Shown piece after piece: positions 14,038 to 24,624 of a stretch of DNA of 64,000 nucleotides (position 1 is the first letter of the stretch; each line of letters opens with the position of its first letter). The stretch lies in NCBI RefSeq assembly GCF_057098645.1, contig NZ_CM169472.1; one strand, given 5' to 3'. Position numbers and translations under genes: made by a program. The notes under the pieces are model-generated. The model was given only the letters and a program-made list of their open reading frames with translations. It was not told where the DNA came from and did not search any database.

Positions 14038-14079
14038 GGCGTCAGGCTTCATCATCAGAAAGGGGGCCTGACGCCTGAA
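14038..14079. terminator. stem-loop between convergent AKR and rclC (ggcgtcaggc ... gcctgacgcc)
   Basis: 10-bp inverted repeat read from sequence; no strong T-tract. Confidence 0.3.
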
Positions 14080-14108
14080 AAAGTGAACAACAGACAGTGT
14101 TCGGATTA

Positions 14109-14702
14109 TCAATATTCAGTTTTTAACGTTGAACTGGATTCATTACTGCGTTGTTTAAGAATTTCCCGCGCCGAATCTGCCATTATCATGACAGCACCTG
14201 CCAGCATCAGAGTATCTTTCAATACCAGGCGACCAGCACCGGATAAATAAGGGAAACCATGATGAGCGTCACCCAATGCGGGTACCCATGCCTCCGGGGT
14301 GGTGATTAAAAATGAGAGTGTTACCAACGGTGTGGTAAATGCCATCAGCCCTCCCAATAAACCTAACCAGCGATTGACAGGATTAGCCAAAACCAGCAGA
14401 GCAATAATCACCTCCACGACGCCAAGACCGTTGGAAAAACCATAGGTATTATTGGCCGATTGCCATGCCCTTGCTTCTGGTTTGTATTCGCCTTCGTGAG
14501 TCAGATACTGTTTATAGTCTTCCGGGTGTTCATAAAAGAACGACATTAGTGGACTGTTTGCGACGAATGGTGTAATGCTGTCTGCCTCGTAAGGGACAAA
14601 CTTTAATAACCCAATCCACATAAAAACAATCGCAATACTCAGACGAATCAATGTCAGGCCAATTTTATCTCCCCGACTTAACAGGTGCAGGTATTTTTCC
14701 AT
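14109..14702 (-). CDS. rclC: reactive chlorine resistance membrane protein RclC (DoxX-like)
   Basis: Multi-pass membrane protein; position and sequence match remembered K-12 RclC; start at MEKYL. Confidence 0.85.
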   Translation of the reverse strand: MEKYLHLLSRGDKIGLTLIRLSIAIVFMWIGLLKFVPYEADSITPFVANSPLMSFFYEHPEDYKQYLTHEGEYKPEARAWQSANNTYGFSNGLGVVEVIIALLVLANPVNRWLGLLGGLMAFTTPLVTLSFLITTPEAWVPALGDAHHGFPYLSGAGRLVLKDTLMLAGAVMIMADSAREILKQRSNESSSTLKTEY

Positions 14703-14713
14703 TGTGAACATCC

Positions 14714-14950
14714 TTATTTATACAATACTGCTGTTGCGGTTGAATTATTATCAATTCGCATCGATGTGACTTTCCAAGATGAAGCATTATATTTTCTGGC
14801 TATATCAGCAATGGCATCCTCCAGAACTGTCGGTGATGCTGATACTGACGAGACGCTGATATGTTTCAGAATTATTTTATCATCTGCATTGGTGGAAAAT
14901 GCTATAACGCCAGATAATAGTGTTGCAAATAAAACGGATTTTTTAAACAT
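14714..14950 (-). CDS. rclB: small periplasmic protein RclB (DUF1471)
   Basis: 78-aa product with signal peptide MFKKSVLFATLLSGVIAFS; rclCBA operon order. Confidence 0.75.
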   Translation of the reverse strand: MFKKSVLFATLLSGVIAFSTNADDKIILKHISVSSVSASPTVLEDAIADIARKYNASSWKVTSMRIDNNSTATAVLYK

Positions 14951-15058
14951 ATAAAATACCATCAATGAAGTGATTAAGAAGTTATAGAGTAACAGGGAAT
15001 TAATAAGATTCTTTTCTCTGAGACGCCAGAATATTTGTTCTGGCGTCTGATTTTGAGT

Positions 15059-16384
15059 TTATTTGACTAATGAAAATAGATCATTGAGTGATTCGCTCAT
15101 CGACGGATGAGTAAATATCTGATCGCGTAATATGCTATAAGGCAGCCCGGCATCCATCACCATTTTCACTATATTAATCATCTCGTGGGAGTCAACACAC
15201 AGCAGTGATGTCCCTAATATACGTTGGGTTTTATTATCAACAATCGCTTTTAATACCCCACGGGTATCGTTCATCACTCTGGCGCGCGGAATTGCAGCTA
15301 CAGGCAATGTCACCACCTGAATATCAGCACCACTCTCTCTGGCTTGTTCTTCTGTCATACCAACCCTGGACAGGGGCGGTGTCATAAATACGGAATAAGG
15401 CACATTTTTCCGATCATCAGTACTACGTTTGCCTTCACCCAGTAACTCATCACGTACAATGCGGTAATCATCCAGTGATATGTAAGTAAATTGCAGCCCG
15501 CCGGTAACATCTCCCATCGCCCAAATATTGTCTGTGGTGGTATGTAATCGCTTGTCAACGACAATTGCCCCGCGCTCGTTTACTGCGATACCGGCATTTT
15601 CTGGATGTAACGAAGCGGTAGCCGGTTGACGACCGGAAGCTATTAACAGTGCATCCACCGCCAGTTGGGCGTGCTCGCTATGCACTTGCACTTGATTTTC
15701 ATGGTGACTGATTCGCTCCACATGGGCATTGAGGATAATATCGACGCCCTGATCGCGTAAAATCGTCGCGATATTATCAGCAATATCCCGTTCTTCCCGA
15801 GGCAAAAACAGCGAAGCTGCTTCTAAAATGGTTACTTTGCTGCCAAAATTAGCGAACATAGAGGCGAACTCAACGCCAATATATCCGCCGCCCAAAATAC
15901 CTAAATGCCCAGGCAATTCTTTTAGATTAAGTAATCCGGTGCTGTCATATACTCCTGGCGTGGTGGTAATTCTAGGAATTGGCGGAACCACGGTTTGTGC
16001 ACCGGTATTAATAAAAATTTTCTCGCCATGAATTTCCAGATTTCCCTCAGGCCGATGAACACGCAGGCTATGATTATTGATAAACTCCGCCTGGCCGTCG
16101 ATCACGTCGATATTGGGCATATCCGCAAGATTATGAAAATTCTTATTACGTAAAAAATTAACCACTTCATTTTTACGCTGTATGGCACGGACAAAATCTG
16201 TGTGCTGCTGTGCGTCATGAATCAATGTTTTGGTTGGGATACAGCCGATATTAATACAGGTCCCGCCATACATTGCATTTGATTGTTCGATGAGAGCCAC
16301 TCGCCAACCTGCTTTTGCCAGCGTGACGGCTAATGTTTTTCCAGCCTTGCCAAAACCAATAATCACTGCCTGATATTTATTCAT
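15059..16384 (-). CDS. rclA: pyridine nucleotide-disulfide oxidoreductase RclA
   Basis: FAD-binding GFGKAGK, redox-active CxxxxC (GGTCINIGCIPTK); start at MNKYQAV giving 441 aa. Confidence 0.9.
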   Translation of the reverse strand: MNKYQAVIIGFGKAGKTLAVTLAKAGWRVALIEQSNAMYGGTCINIGCIPTKTLIHDAQQHTDFVRAIQRKNEVVNFLRNKNFHNLADMPNIDVIDGQAEFINNHSLRVHRPEGNLEIHGEKIFINTGAQTVVPPIPRITTTPGVYDSTGLLNLKELPGHLGILGGGYIGVEFASMFANFGSKVTILEAASLFLPREERDIADNIATILRDQGVDIILNAHVERISHHENQVQVHSEHAQLAVDALLIASGRQPATASLHPENAGIAVNERGAIVVDKRLHTTTDNIWAMGDVTGGLQFTYISLDDYRIVRDELLGEGKRSTDDRKNVPYSVFMTPPLSRVGMTEEQARESGADIQVVTLPVAAIPRARVMNDTRGVLKAIVDNKTQRILGTSLLCVDSHEMINIVKMVMDAGLPYSILRDQIFTHPSMSESLNDLFSLVK

Positions 16385-16609
16385 GATGATTTCCTGTCGA
16401 AACGCGTTCATTTGACATCATGACTATAGACGCAAAAGAGCAAATAACATTTCTTCACAACGCTTGATATTTTGTCTTATCGTCTGGTATTTTCTTTTTC
16501 TTAATCAGAATCACAAAACAAAAATCATGATTAACTATTTGATGGTATTAGATTAGTTATTGACTAAGATTGTTGGTGTTTGTAATCAAAAACCACTCAG
16601 GAGTCTGAT

Positions 16610-17464
16610 ATGGATGCCCTTAGCCGTTTGTTGATGCTTAACGCTCCACAAGGAACGATCGATAAGAATTGCGTGTTAGGAAGTGACTGGCAGCTTCCAC
16701 ATGGTGCCGGGGAATTATCGGTTATTCGTTGGCATGCGTTAACGCAAGGAGCGGCGAAGCTGGAAATGCCGACGGGAGAGATTTTTACATTACGCCCGGG
16801 AAATGTGGCCCTGCTACCACAAAATTCAGCCCATCGCCTGAGTCATGTCGATAATGAATCAACCTGTATTGTCTGCGGCACTCTTCGGCTGCAACATTCG
16901 GCGCGTTATTTTTTAACGTCTTTGCCGGAAACGCTGTTTTTAGCACCGGTTAACCACAGCGTAGAATATAACTGGCTGAGGGAGGCGATCCCGTTTTTAC
17001 AACAGGAATCCAGATTGGCAATGCCGGGAGTGGATGCACTGTGTAGCCAGATCTGCGCTACATTCTTTACCCTCGCGGTGCGTGAGTGGATTGCACAGGT
17101 TAATACAGAGAAAAACATTCTCAGTTTGCTTCTGCATCCACGTCTTGGTGCGGTAATACAGCAAATGCTGGAAATGCCAGGACACGCCTGGACCGTCGAA
17201 TCGCTGGCCAGCATCGCCCACATGTCCCGGGCAAGTTTTGCCCAGCTTTTCCGTGATGTTTCCGGAACCACGCCGCTGGCTGTATTAACAAAGTTGCGTC
17301 TACAAATAGCGGCCCAGATGTTTTCCCGGGAAACGCTCCCTGTTGTGGTGATCGCTGAGTCAGTAGGCTATGCCAGTGAATCATCTTTTCACAAGGCGTT
17401 TGTTCGCGAGTTTGGTTGTACCCCGGGAGAATATCGGGAAAGGGTCAGACAGCTTGCACCCTGA
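16610..17464 (+). CDS. rclR: AraC-family redox-sensing activator RclR
   Basis: 284 aa, C-terminal AraC HTH; divergent from rclABC. Confidence 0.85.
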   Translation: MDALSRLLMLNAPQGTIDKNCVLGSDWQLPHGAGELSVIRWHALTQGAAKLEMPTGEIFTLRPGNVALLPQNSAHRLSHVDNESTCIVCGTLRLQHSARYFLTSLPETLFLAPVNHSVEYNWLREAIPFLQQESRLAMPGVDALCSQICATFFTLAVREWIAQVNTEKNILSLLLHPRLGAVIQQMLEMPGHAWTVESLASIAHMSRASFAQLFRDVSGTTPLAVLTKLRLQIAAQMFSRETLPVVVIAESVGYASESSFHKAFVREFGCTPGEYRERVRQLAP

Positions 17465-17990
17465 ATAAAACCGCCAGAAATCAGGGCAAAGATAATCCGC
17501 ATTCCGGGAGTTGTGAGCCTTTCAACTATTTCTATTTCCAACGGTGGTTTGGGCTTTATATATTTTTTCTGATGGACTCTAGCTAATTTTTTAAATAAAA
17601 ATGCAAACTAAATTGCTTCAATTAAATAAAATCCCGACTATTACTTGATACGTGATTATTGTCGGTGATTTTTTTGTACACCATCAGTGTATATCTCAAT
17701 AACCCCTGAATAAGTAGCTCTGAATAGGTATAAGGGATGTAGCCATTTTTAAATGGATTTCTTATGCCAAAAATGATCGTCGATTTCCCCATAAAATGTG
17801 AGCGATGCCGAAAGAAATAAAATTAGTTATTGCATTTGAAGTTTGGATGAAAGATTATCATTTGTCATACAAATGAGGGGTGGTATGTTGCTAGCCAATT
17901 AAAAAAGAACGCCATATTTATTGATGATTGCTCCCCCGGTGGGGGGGAAACATCGGGCATAAATGGGCATGAAGTAATGGAGTATTAGTT

Positions 17991-18710
17991 GTGAATGTCA
18001 ATTTCTTTGTCACCTGTATTGGTGACGCCCTGAAATCAAGAATGGCACGAGACTCCGTGCTGCTACTGGAAAAACTCGGCTGTCGCGTAAATTTCCCGGA
18101 GAAACAGGGATGCTGCGGTCAGCCTGCGATCAATAGTGGTTATATCAAAGAAGCGATTCCAGGGATGAAAAATCTGATCGCCGCACTGGAGGATAACGAC
18201 GATCCCATTATTTCACCAGCTGGCTCTTGCACCTATGCCGTAAAAAGTTACCCGACGTATCTGGCGGATGAACCTGAATGGGCATCACGTGCCGAAAAGG
18301 TTGCCGCGCGTATGCAGGATCTCACCTCTTTTATTGTTAATAAATTAGGGGTAGTCGATGTAGGTGCCAGTTTGCAAGGGAGAGCGGTGTATCACCCATC
18401 TTGTAGCCTGGCCCGTAAGCTGGGGGTGAAGGACGAGCCACTTACGCTGCTGAAAAATGTGCGTGGACTGGAGCTGTTGACCTTTGCTGAACAGGATACC
18501 TGCTGCGGATTTGGCGGCACGTTCTCGGTCAAAATGGCCGAAATATCCGGCGAGATGGTGAAAGAAAAGGTTGCGCACCTGATGGAAGTCCGCCCTGAGT
18601 ATTTAATTGGTGCTGACGTGAGTTGCCTGCTGAACATCAGTGGGCGATTACAACGGGAAGGGCAGAAAGTCAAAGTGATGCATATTGCTGAAGTGTTGAT
18701 GAGCCGCTGA
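17991..18710 (+). CDS. ykgE: LutA-like Fe-S oxidoreductase subunit (CCG domains)
   Basis: Cys-rich CCG motifs (GCCGQP, CCGFGG); first gene of ykgEFG. Confidence 0.9.
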   Translation: MNVNFFVTCIGDALKSRMARDSVLLLEKLGCRVNFPEKQGCCGQPAINSGYIKEAIPGMKNLIAALEDNDDPIISPAGSCTYAVKSYPTYLADEPEWASRAEKVAARMQDLTSFIVNKLGVVDVGASLQGRAVYHPSCSLARKLGVKDEPLTLLKNVRGLELLTFAEQDTCCGFGGTFSVKMAEISGEMVKEKVAHLMEVRPEYLIGADVSCLLNISGRLQREGQKVKVMHIAEVLMSR

Positions 18711-18720
18711 GGATATAAAG

Positions 18721-20148
18721 ATGTCGATCAAAACCAGTAATACAGATTTTAAGACACGCATCCGTCAGCAAATTGAAGATCCGATCATGCGCAAAGCGGT
18801 GGCAAACGCGCAGCAGCGTATTGGGGCTAATCGGCAAAAAATGGTCGATGAATTGGGGCACTGGGAGGAGTGGCGCGATCGGGCCGCCCAGATACGTGAT
18901 CATGTTCTGAGTAATCTCGACGCTTATCTGTACCAGCTCTCAGAAAAAGTGACGCAAAACGGCGGTCACGTCTATTTTGCAAAAACCAAAGAAGACGCTA
19001 CCCGCTACATTTTACAGGTTGCCCAACGCAAAAATGCCCGGAGGGTGGTGAAATCTAAATCGATGGTGACCGAAGAGATTGGTGTCAATCATGTGTTGCA
19101 GGATGCTGGCATTCAGGTGATTGAAACCGATCTGGGTGAATATATTCTCCAGCTGGATCAAGATCCGCCATCTCATGTTGTGGTCCCGGCAATTCATAAA
19201 GATCGCCATCAGATCTGTCGAGTGCTACACGAACGTCTGGGCTATGAGGGGCCGGAAACGCCTGAAGCGATGACCTTATTCATCCGGCAAAAAATCCGCG
19301 AAGATTTCCTCAGTGCTGAAATAGGTATTACCGGCTGTAATTTCGCGGTAGCAGAGACCGGTTCGGTATGCCTGGTGACCAATGAAGGTAATGCGCGAAT
19401 GTGTACCACGCTGCCTAAAACGCATATTGCAGTAATGGGAATGGAGCGTATTGCCCCCACGTTTGCCGAGGTAGATGTATTGATCACCATGCTGGCGCGC
19501 AGTGCCGTTGGTGCACGTTTGACGGGATACAACACCTGGCTGACAGGACCGCGCGAAGCGGGGCACGTTGATGGTCCTGAAGAGTTTCATCTGGTTATTG
19601 TCGATAACGGGCGTTCTGAGGTGCTGGCCTCTGAATTTCGGGATGTGCTGCGCTGTATTCGCTGCGGGGCTTGTATGAATACTTGTCCGGCATATCGCCA
19701 TATTGGCGGTCATGGATATGGCTCTATTTATCCAGGGCCAATTGGTGCGGTGATTTCTCCGCTACTTGGCGGCTATAAAGATTTTAAAGATTTACCCTAC
19801 GCCTGCTCTTTATGCACAGCTTGTGACAACGTGTGTCCAGTGCGTATTCCGCTGTCAAAACTGATTTTGCGTCATCGTCGGGTGATGGCTGAAAAAGGGA
19901 TCACCGCAAAAGCAGAGCAACGGGCGATAAAAATGTTCGCTTATGCCAATAGTCATCCAGGATTGTGGAAAGTCGGGATGATGGCCGGCGCTCATGCGGC
20001 AAGCTGGTTTATCAATGGCGGCAAAACACCACTCAAATTTGGCGCGATTAGCGACTGGATGGAAGCACGCGATCTTCCTGAAGCTGACGGAGAGAGTTTC
20101 CGTAGTTGGTTTAAGAAACATCAGGCGCAGGAGAAAAAGAATGGATAA
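18721..20148 (+). CDS. ykgF: LutB-like iron-sulfur protein
   Basis: 4Fe-4S ferredoxin motifs CIRCGACMNTCP and CSLCTACDNVCP. Confidence 0.9.
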   Translation: MSIKTSNTDFKTRIRQQIEDPIMRKAVANAQQRIGANRQKMVDELGHWEEWRDRAAQIRDHVLSNLDAYLYQLSEKVTQNGGHVYFAKTKEDATRYILQVAQRKNARRVVKSKSMVTEEIGVNHVLQDAGIQVIETDLGEYILQLDQDPPSHVVVPAIHKDRHQICRVLHERLGYEGPETPEAMTLFIRQKIREDFLSAEIGITGCNFAVAETGSVCLVTNEGNARMCTTLPKTHIAVMGMERIAPTFAEVDVLITMLARSAVGARLTGYNTWLTGPREAGHVDGPEEFHLVIVDNGRSEVLASEFRDVLRCIRCGACMNTCPAYRHIGGHGYGSIYPGPIGAVISPLLGGYKDFKDLPYACSLCTACDNVCPVRIPLSKLILRHRRVMAEKGITAKAEQRAIKMFAYANSHPGLWKVGMMAGAHAASWFINGGKTPLKFGAISDWMEARDLPEADGESFRSWFKKHQAQEKKNG

Positions 20149-20836
20149 TCGAGGCGAATTTTTGAATAACGTTGCTCAGGCACTGGGTCGCCCGCTGCGA
20201 CTTGAACCGCAAGCAGAAGATGCGCCGCTTAATAACTATGCTAACGAGTGGCTTACCGAACTTAACCAACAGCAGCGCTGTGACGCGTTTATCCAGTTTG
20301 CCAGCGATGTTATGTTGACGCGCTGTGAGCTGACCAGCGAGGCGAAGGCGGCAGAAGCTGCAATACGTCTGTGTAAAGAGCTGGGAGATCAGTCGGTCGT
20401 GATTAGCGGTGACACGAGGCTGGAGGAATTGGGGATTAGCGAACGTTTGCAGCAGGAATGCAATGCCGTTGTTTGGGATCCGGCGAAAGGTGCCGAGAAT
20501 ATCTCGCAGGCAGAGCAGGCTAAAGTGGGTGTCGTGTATGCTGAATATGGTTTAACCGAATCGGGAGGCGTGGTTCTTTTTTCCGCCGCCGAGCGCGGGC
20601 GTTCATTGAGCCTGCTCCCGGAATCTTCTCTTTTTATCCTGCGTAAAAGCACAATCCTGCCGCGTGTAGCGCAACTCGCAGAAAAATTGCATCAGAAAGC
20701 GCAGGCCGGTGAACGCATGCCGTCCTGCATTAACATCATTAGCGGCCCTAGTTCAACGGCGGATATTGAGCTTATCAAAGTCGTCGGGGTTCATGGCCCG
20801 GTGAAAGCGGTGTATCTGATTATTGAGGATTGCTGA
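20141..20836 (+). CDS. ykgG: LutC-like protein
   Basis: Start placed at MDNRGEF (ATG 20141) overlapping ykgF stop by 8 nt; track ORF begins further upstream in-frame inside ykgF. Confidence 0.85.
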   Translation: MDNRGEFLNNVAQALGRPLRLEPQAEDAPLNNYANEWLTELNQQQRCDAFIQFASDVMLTRCELTSEAKAAEAAIRLCKELGDQSVVISGDTRLEELGISERLQQECNAVVWDPAKGAENISQAEQAKVGVVYAEYGLTESGGVVLFSAAERGRSLSLLPESSLFILRKSTILPRVAQLAEKLHQKAQAGERMPSCINIISGPSSTADIELIKVVGVHGPVKAVYLIIEDC

Positions 20837-20940
20837 GAGAGATATGAAGTCTGGACATAAACCTGAAGGCGGCACGAGGTTGCGAATAGCGCTAAGGACA
20901 ACCTGACTTAACCCCGTTCTGTCATGGTTATGCTCCTCTT

Positions 20941-20981
20941 CTGTAAATATCCTGGCATTAGTAATGCCAGGATATTTACAG
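20941..20981. repeat. 41-bp perfect palindrome (20-bp arms around a single G)
   Basis: ctgtaaatatcctggcatta g taatgccaggatatttacag; read directly; about 100 nt downstream of ykgG stop. Confidence 0.9.
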
Positions 20982-21076
20982 TGAAAAAGACAGGCATCCA
21001 TTCCTGAAAACGGGTTCCCTTCCCGGTCATTGTCACTTCAGCTTTATACAGGCACTCTCTATCAGAATGCTGTTTA

Positions 21077-21745
21077 TTACTGCCCAGAGTTTTGTTGGTA
21101 TTCATCTACCATTTTTTTGACAAGGCAAAACATTACAGAAATTACAATGCTTATAAAAAATCCCAGAGCCAGGTAAATGGCAGCAGGGTATTTATTTTTT
21201 ATTTCTGGTGAGCTTATAGTTACACAGCCATCACCGTTCGGATACAATGACCAGTTCCTGGTCAGGTATATCATTTTTGTATAAAGCTCACTGTTAATTG
21301 CTGAAGGCGTTTGTATCTCATCGAGAACTTGCCTGCCATTATGGTATTCTGACGCATACCATTTGATAATAGACGCCTGCACGTGAGATATTTCCGCTTC
21401 AGCAGTTGGTAAATCTCTCTTATCTCCTGACCATTCCAGCTTTATTTCTCTGTTCTTGACATCTGGGCTGGTGTGAAAAAATGTAGTAATTCGCTGAATA
21501 ACATCTTCAGTCATTGTGGTCTGACAGGCAAAGTTATTATTGCTATCACAGTTAACAAGTATACCTGGCGTTGTCTGGTTTATTTTTAGGCTGTAAATCA
21601 CTTTTATATTGTCTTTATTGATATACAGAAACAACAGCACCATAGCCATACATATAGCCATAATAAAAAGGATAACACGAATCTTTTTCTTCAGATAAAA
21701 TAAAATCTCAATCAGATCGATATCCTGTTTGATTTGTTCACTCAT
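21077..21745 (-). CDS. ykgH: inner membrane protein YkgH
   Basis: 222 aa with N- and C-terminal TM segments; conserved position after ykgEFG. Confidence 0.8.
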   Translation of the reverse strand: MSEQIKQDIDLIEILFYLKKKIRVILFIMAICMAMVLLFLYINKDNIKVIYSLKINQTTPGILVNCDSNNNFACQTTMTEDVIQRITTFFHTSPDVKNREIKLEWSGDKRDLPTAEAEISHVQASIIKWYASEYHNGRQVLDEIQTPSAINSELYTKMIYLTRNWSLYPNGDGCVTISSPEIKNKYPAAIYLALGFFISIVISVMFCLVKKMVDEYQQNSGQ

Positions 21746-21859
21746 AATATATCCAGAAAATAAAATCTGCCGCAGATAAATGAATTAATAGTCTGTATCA
21801 GGAATGTTCGGGTTAAATATCAGCAAAAAGCCAGCATCATGAATACTGGATATTTATAG

Positions 21860-21888
21860 CCTGCAGGCAGCATACTGCTGCCTGCAGG
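21860..21888. terminator. stem-loop downstream of autotransporter remnant (cctgcaggcagc-atact-gctgcctgcagg)
   Basis: 12-bp perfect inverted repeat read from sequence. Confidence 0.4.
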
Positions 21889-21926
21889 GGGTATAACAGT
21901 CGACAGGGGAACCGACTGCTTTATTC

Positions 21927-23159
21927 TTACCAGGTCACATTGATACCAACTACACCCTGTAGCGGATTCTCAATGTCGTCACCTTTGGTGTAGTCAAGGC
22001 TTGCATATGCTCCCATGTTTTTGGTGATATCAGCCTGTACACCTGCACCCACGCGGAATGCTGCACCGTCAATGCTGGCATTGACAGACTCATCACCCAG
22101 ACGGACTTTGTTGCCATCAGAGAATTCGTTCAGTGCGGCCAGATTCAGATAAGGTTTAACGCTCGCGTTGCCCACAGCGAAGTCATAACCCACGCGCGTA
22201 CCGGCCTCACCCAGCACAGAATTATAGCTGTCAGAATGAACGTTCACGCCGTTGAGTTGATAATCCACACCTTCCAGCGTCAGCGCAGACAGTTTGGCAT
22301 ATGGCTGAATAAACAGGCCATTACCGTCTTTCCATGTGTAACCGCCTTTAACCATCGCACCGAAACCATTGGTGTTAAAGTCAGCTTTGATGGTACCGCC
22401 ACCATTCATCAGGCGAACATCTGCCGTGTTGCTGTAGTGACCAAACTGTGCAGCAGTATCAATGAAGATACCGTTGTTATACTGGCGGCTCAGGTAAGCG
22501 TGGAAGCTGTAACCTTCAGTGTCGCCTTTGCTCTGCATGGTGGTCATGTCACCTTTCGCAGAAGACATCGCCACACCGGCCAGCCAGCTACCATCTTCAG
22601 TCATGAAGCGGGTATCACCACCCAGCATTACACCGTTTACATCCAGGTCATAGGATGCATTTCCCGCGGTGGTATGTTTCTGTTTACCGCCAAAGTACTG
22701 AATCCATACGCCGCCCTTGTCATTTTCGCTCAGACGGACAGCATCCTGACGGGCTGAGAGCGTGTCAGCCTGCAGATTAGCGACGTTAGCCGGAGCAGCT
22801 GCCATTGCCTGAATCACGGAGCTGGCGTTGGATGCTTTATGCGTGTTTTTTACGAAATAAAAGTTACCATCAGCTCCCTGTGTCAGGTCATATTGATACA
22901 GACCACCTTCCGTTGTGCCTGTGGCTTTTAGAGTGCTGTCTTTGCCGGTAGAAATAAATGCCGTTTGTTCATTGATAAGATCCAATGAACCCGCACTGTA
23001 AACACGCAAGTCACCGCTCGCTTTACCGCTGATATCCAGAGTGTTTTCAGAAGAGGCATCAACAATCAGAGTGCCGTTTTGAGAAGCAAACGTGCCAGTA
23101 TTGACTGTAGCCTTCGTGATATTAACCGTACTGTCTTTTACTGCCAGAGCATCAACTGA
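21927..23159 (-). pseudogene. autotransporter remnant: C-terminal beta-barrel translocator plus partial passenger, 5' part replaced by IS
   Basis: ORF 21927..23009 ends ...YTKGDDIENPLQGVVGINVTW (aromatic C-terminus, alternating beta-strand pattern); passenger-like sequence continues in other frames up to the IS end at 23160; no N-terminal signal peptide present. Confidence 0.7.
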
Positions 23160-23198
23160 ACCGCCCCGGGTTTCCTGGAGAGTGTTTTATCTGTGAAC

Positions 23199-24089
23199 TC
23201 AGGCTGCCAGATCATCGTTTCCGATGGAAGTATAATAAGCTTTTTCTGCTTCTGCCGGAGGAGTATGGCCCAGCCTTTCCAGCAATCGTCGATTGTTATA
23301 CCAGTCCACCCACGTGAGTGTGGCCAGTTCCACTTCTGCACGGTTTTTCCAGCTCTTACGGTGTATTACCTCCGCTTTGTAAAGACCATTGATGCTCTCC
23401 GCCATCGCGTTGTCATACGAGTCGCCTGTACTTCCTGTTGATGCCAGTAATCCGGCTTCCTTAAGCCGCTGTGTGTAGGCCAGCGATACATACTGAGAAC
23501 CTTTATCACTGTGATGGACCGTGCCGGACGGTCGACGGGCCCATAACGCCTGCTCCAGTGCATCCAGCACGAATGTCGTCTCCATGGACGATGAGACCCG
23601 CCACCCCACAATGTATCCGGCAAACACATCAATGATGAACGCCACATAGACGAAGCCCTGCCATGTGCTGACGTAAGTAAAATCAGCCACCCACAGCTGG
23701 TCAGGTCGTTCTGCCACGAACTGACGGTTTACGCGGTCGCCTGCGGCAACGGCTTTCCGGCTGATGGTCGTACGGACCTTTTTACCCCGGAGAACACCGG
23801 CAAGTCCCATAACCGCCATGAGACGTGCCACAGTGCATCTGGCCACTCTGATACCTTCCCGTAACAACTGACGCCAGACTTTACGCACACCGTATACCTT
23901 GTGATTTTCATCGTATACGCGCTGTATCTCTTTCTTCAGCCAGTCATCGCGCTGCGCACGGGCACTGCGTTTATCCGGATGATGTCGCTGTTGCTGACAG
24001 TGGTAATACGTTGACGGGGCAATATGCAGTTCGCTGCATAGCGGTCCGACCCCGTACTGCTCACGCAGCTTATCCAGCAGTGGCATCAT
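23199..24089 (-). CDS. IS3-family transposase OrfB (DDE integrase domain)
   Basis: 296 aa with integrase-core; overlaps orfA by ATGA as in frameshift-fusion transposases. Confidence 0.85.
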   Translation of the reverse strand: MMPLLDKLREQYGVGPLCSELHIAPSTYYHCQQQRHHPDKRSARAQRDDWLKKEIQRVYDENHKVYGVRKVWRQLLREGIRVARCTVARLMAVMGLAGVLRGKKVRTTISRKAVAAGDRVNRQFVAERPDQLWVADFTYVSTWQGFVYVAFIIDVFAGYIVGWRVSSSMETTFVLDALEQALWARRPSGTVHHSDKGSQYVSLAYTQRLKEAGLLASTGSTGDSYDNAMAESINGLYKAEVIHRKSWKNRAEVELATLTWVDWYNNRRLLERLGHTPPAEAEKAYYTSIGNDDLAA

Positions 24090-24412
24090 TTTTTCCAGAG
24101 GCGGTCGAACTCCGCCTTCGCAAAATAAGCGGAAGCCTGGCGAAGGATATCGTTACTGCGGCGCAGTTCACGATTTTCACGCTCCAGCTCTTTCAGACGC
24201 TGACGTTCAGCGGTGGTGAGCCCTCCATCACCGCCCCCGGTATCCCGCTCATGCTGGCGAACCCAGACACGCAGAGTCTCCGGCGTACAGCCAATCTTTG
24301 GAGCAATGGAACAAATTGTCGCCCATTGTGAGTCATATTCGCCCTGACTTTCCAGAACCATACGGACTGCCCGTTGACGGACTTCAGGGGAAAAACGAGT
24401 ATTTTTAGTCAT
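24086..24412 (-). CDS. IS3-family transposase OrfA (HTH plus leucine zipper)
   Basis: 108 aa [19 protein letters not shown]...; matches remembered IS629 OrfA. Confidence 0.85.
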   Translation of the reverse strand: MTKNTRFSPEVRQRAVRMVLESQGEYDSQWATICSIAPKIGCTPETLRVWVRQHERDTGGGDGGLTTAERQRLKELERENRELRRSNDILRQASAYFAKAEFDRLWKK

Positions 24413-24624
24413 CCTGTTTACCTCTTTCTCAGGAAGTTTAGTCTCCAGGATTCCCGGGGCGGTTCACGCATCCTTCCCTCACAGATGTCAGTACGCCAGC
24501 ACGCTGTACAGGCTGTACAGCGTGCCTCCCAATCCTGCAGCCCAGAGCAGTAGAAATATTTTGGCTCCTACACTGTAGCGAGTCCGTATGCGCCGCAGTG
24601 GGGGGGAGTAACAACGCTGCTGTG

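Larger units (their letters stand above)
23160..24466 (-). mobile_element. IS3-family insertion sequence, IS629-like (~1.3 kb)
   Basis: Terminal inverted repeats TGAACCGCCCCGGG at 23160-23173 and its reverse complement at 24453-24466; two overlapping transposase ORFs; no flanking direct target duplication visible. Confidence 0.85.

Noticed and set aside
17932-17956. GC-rich hairpin (ccccc ggtg ggggg) upstream of ykgE
   Set aside because: Short stem with no T-tract and no clear partner element; could be part of the ykgE leader but not enough evidence to call a feature.
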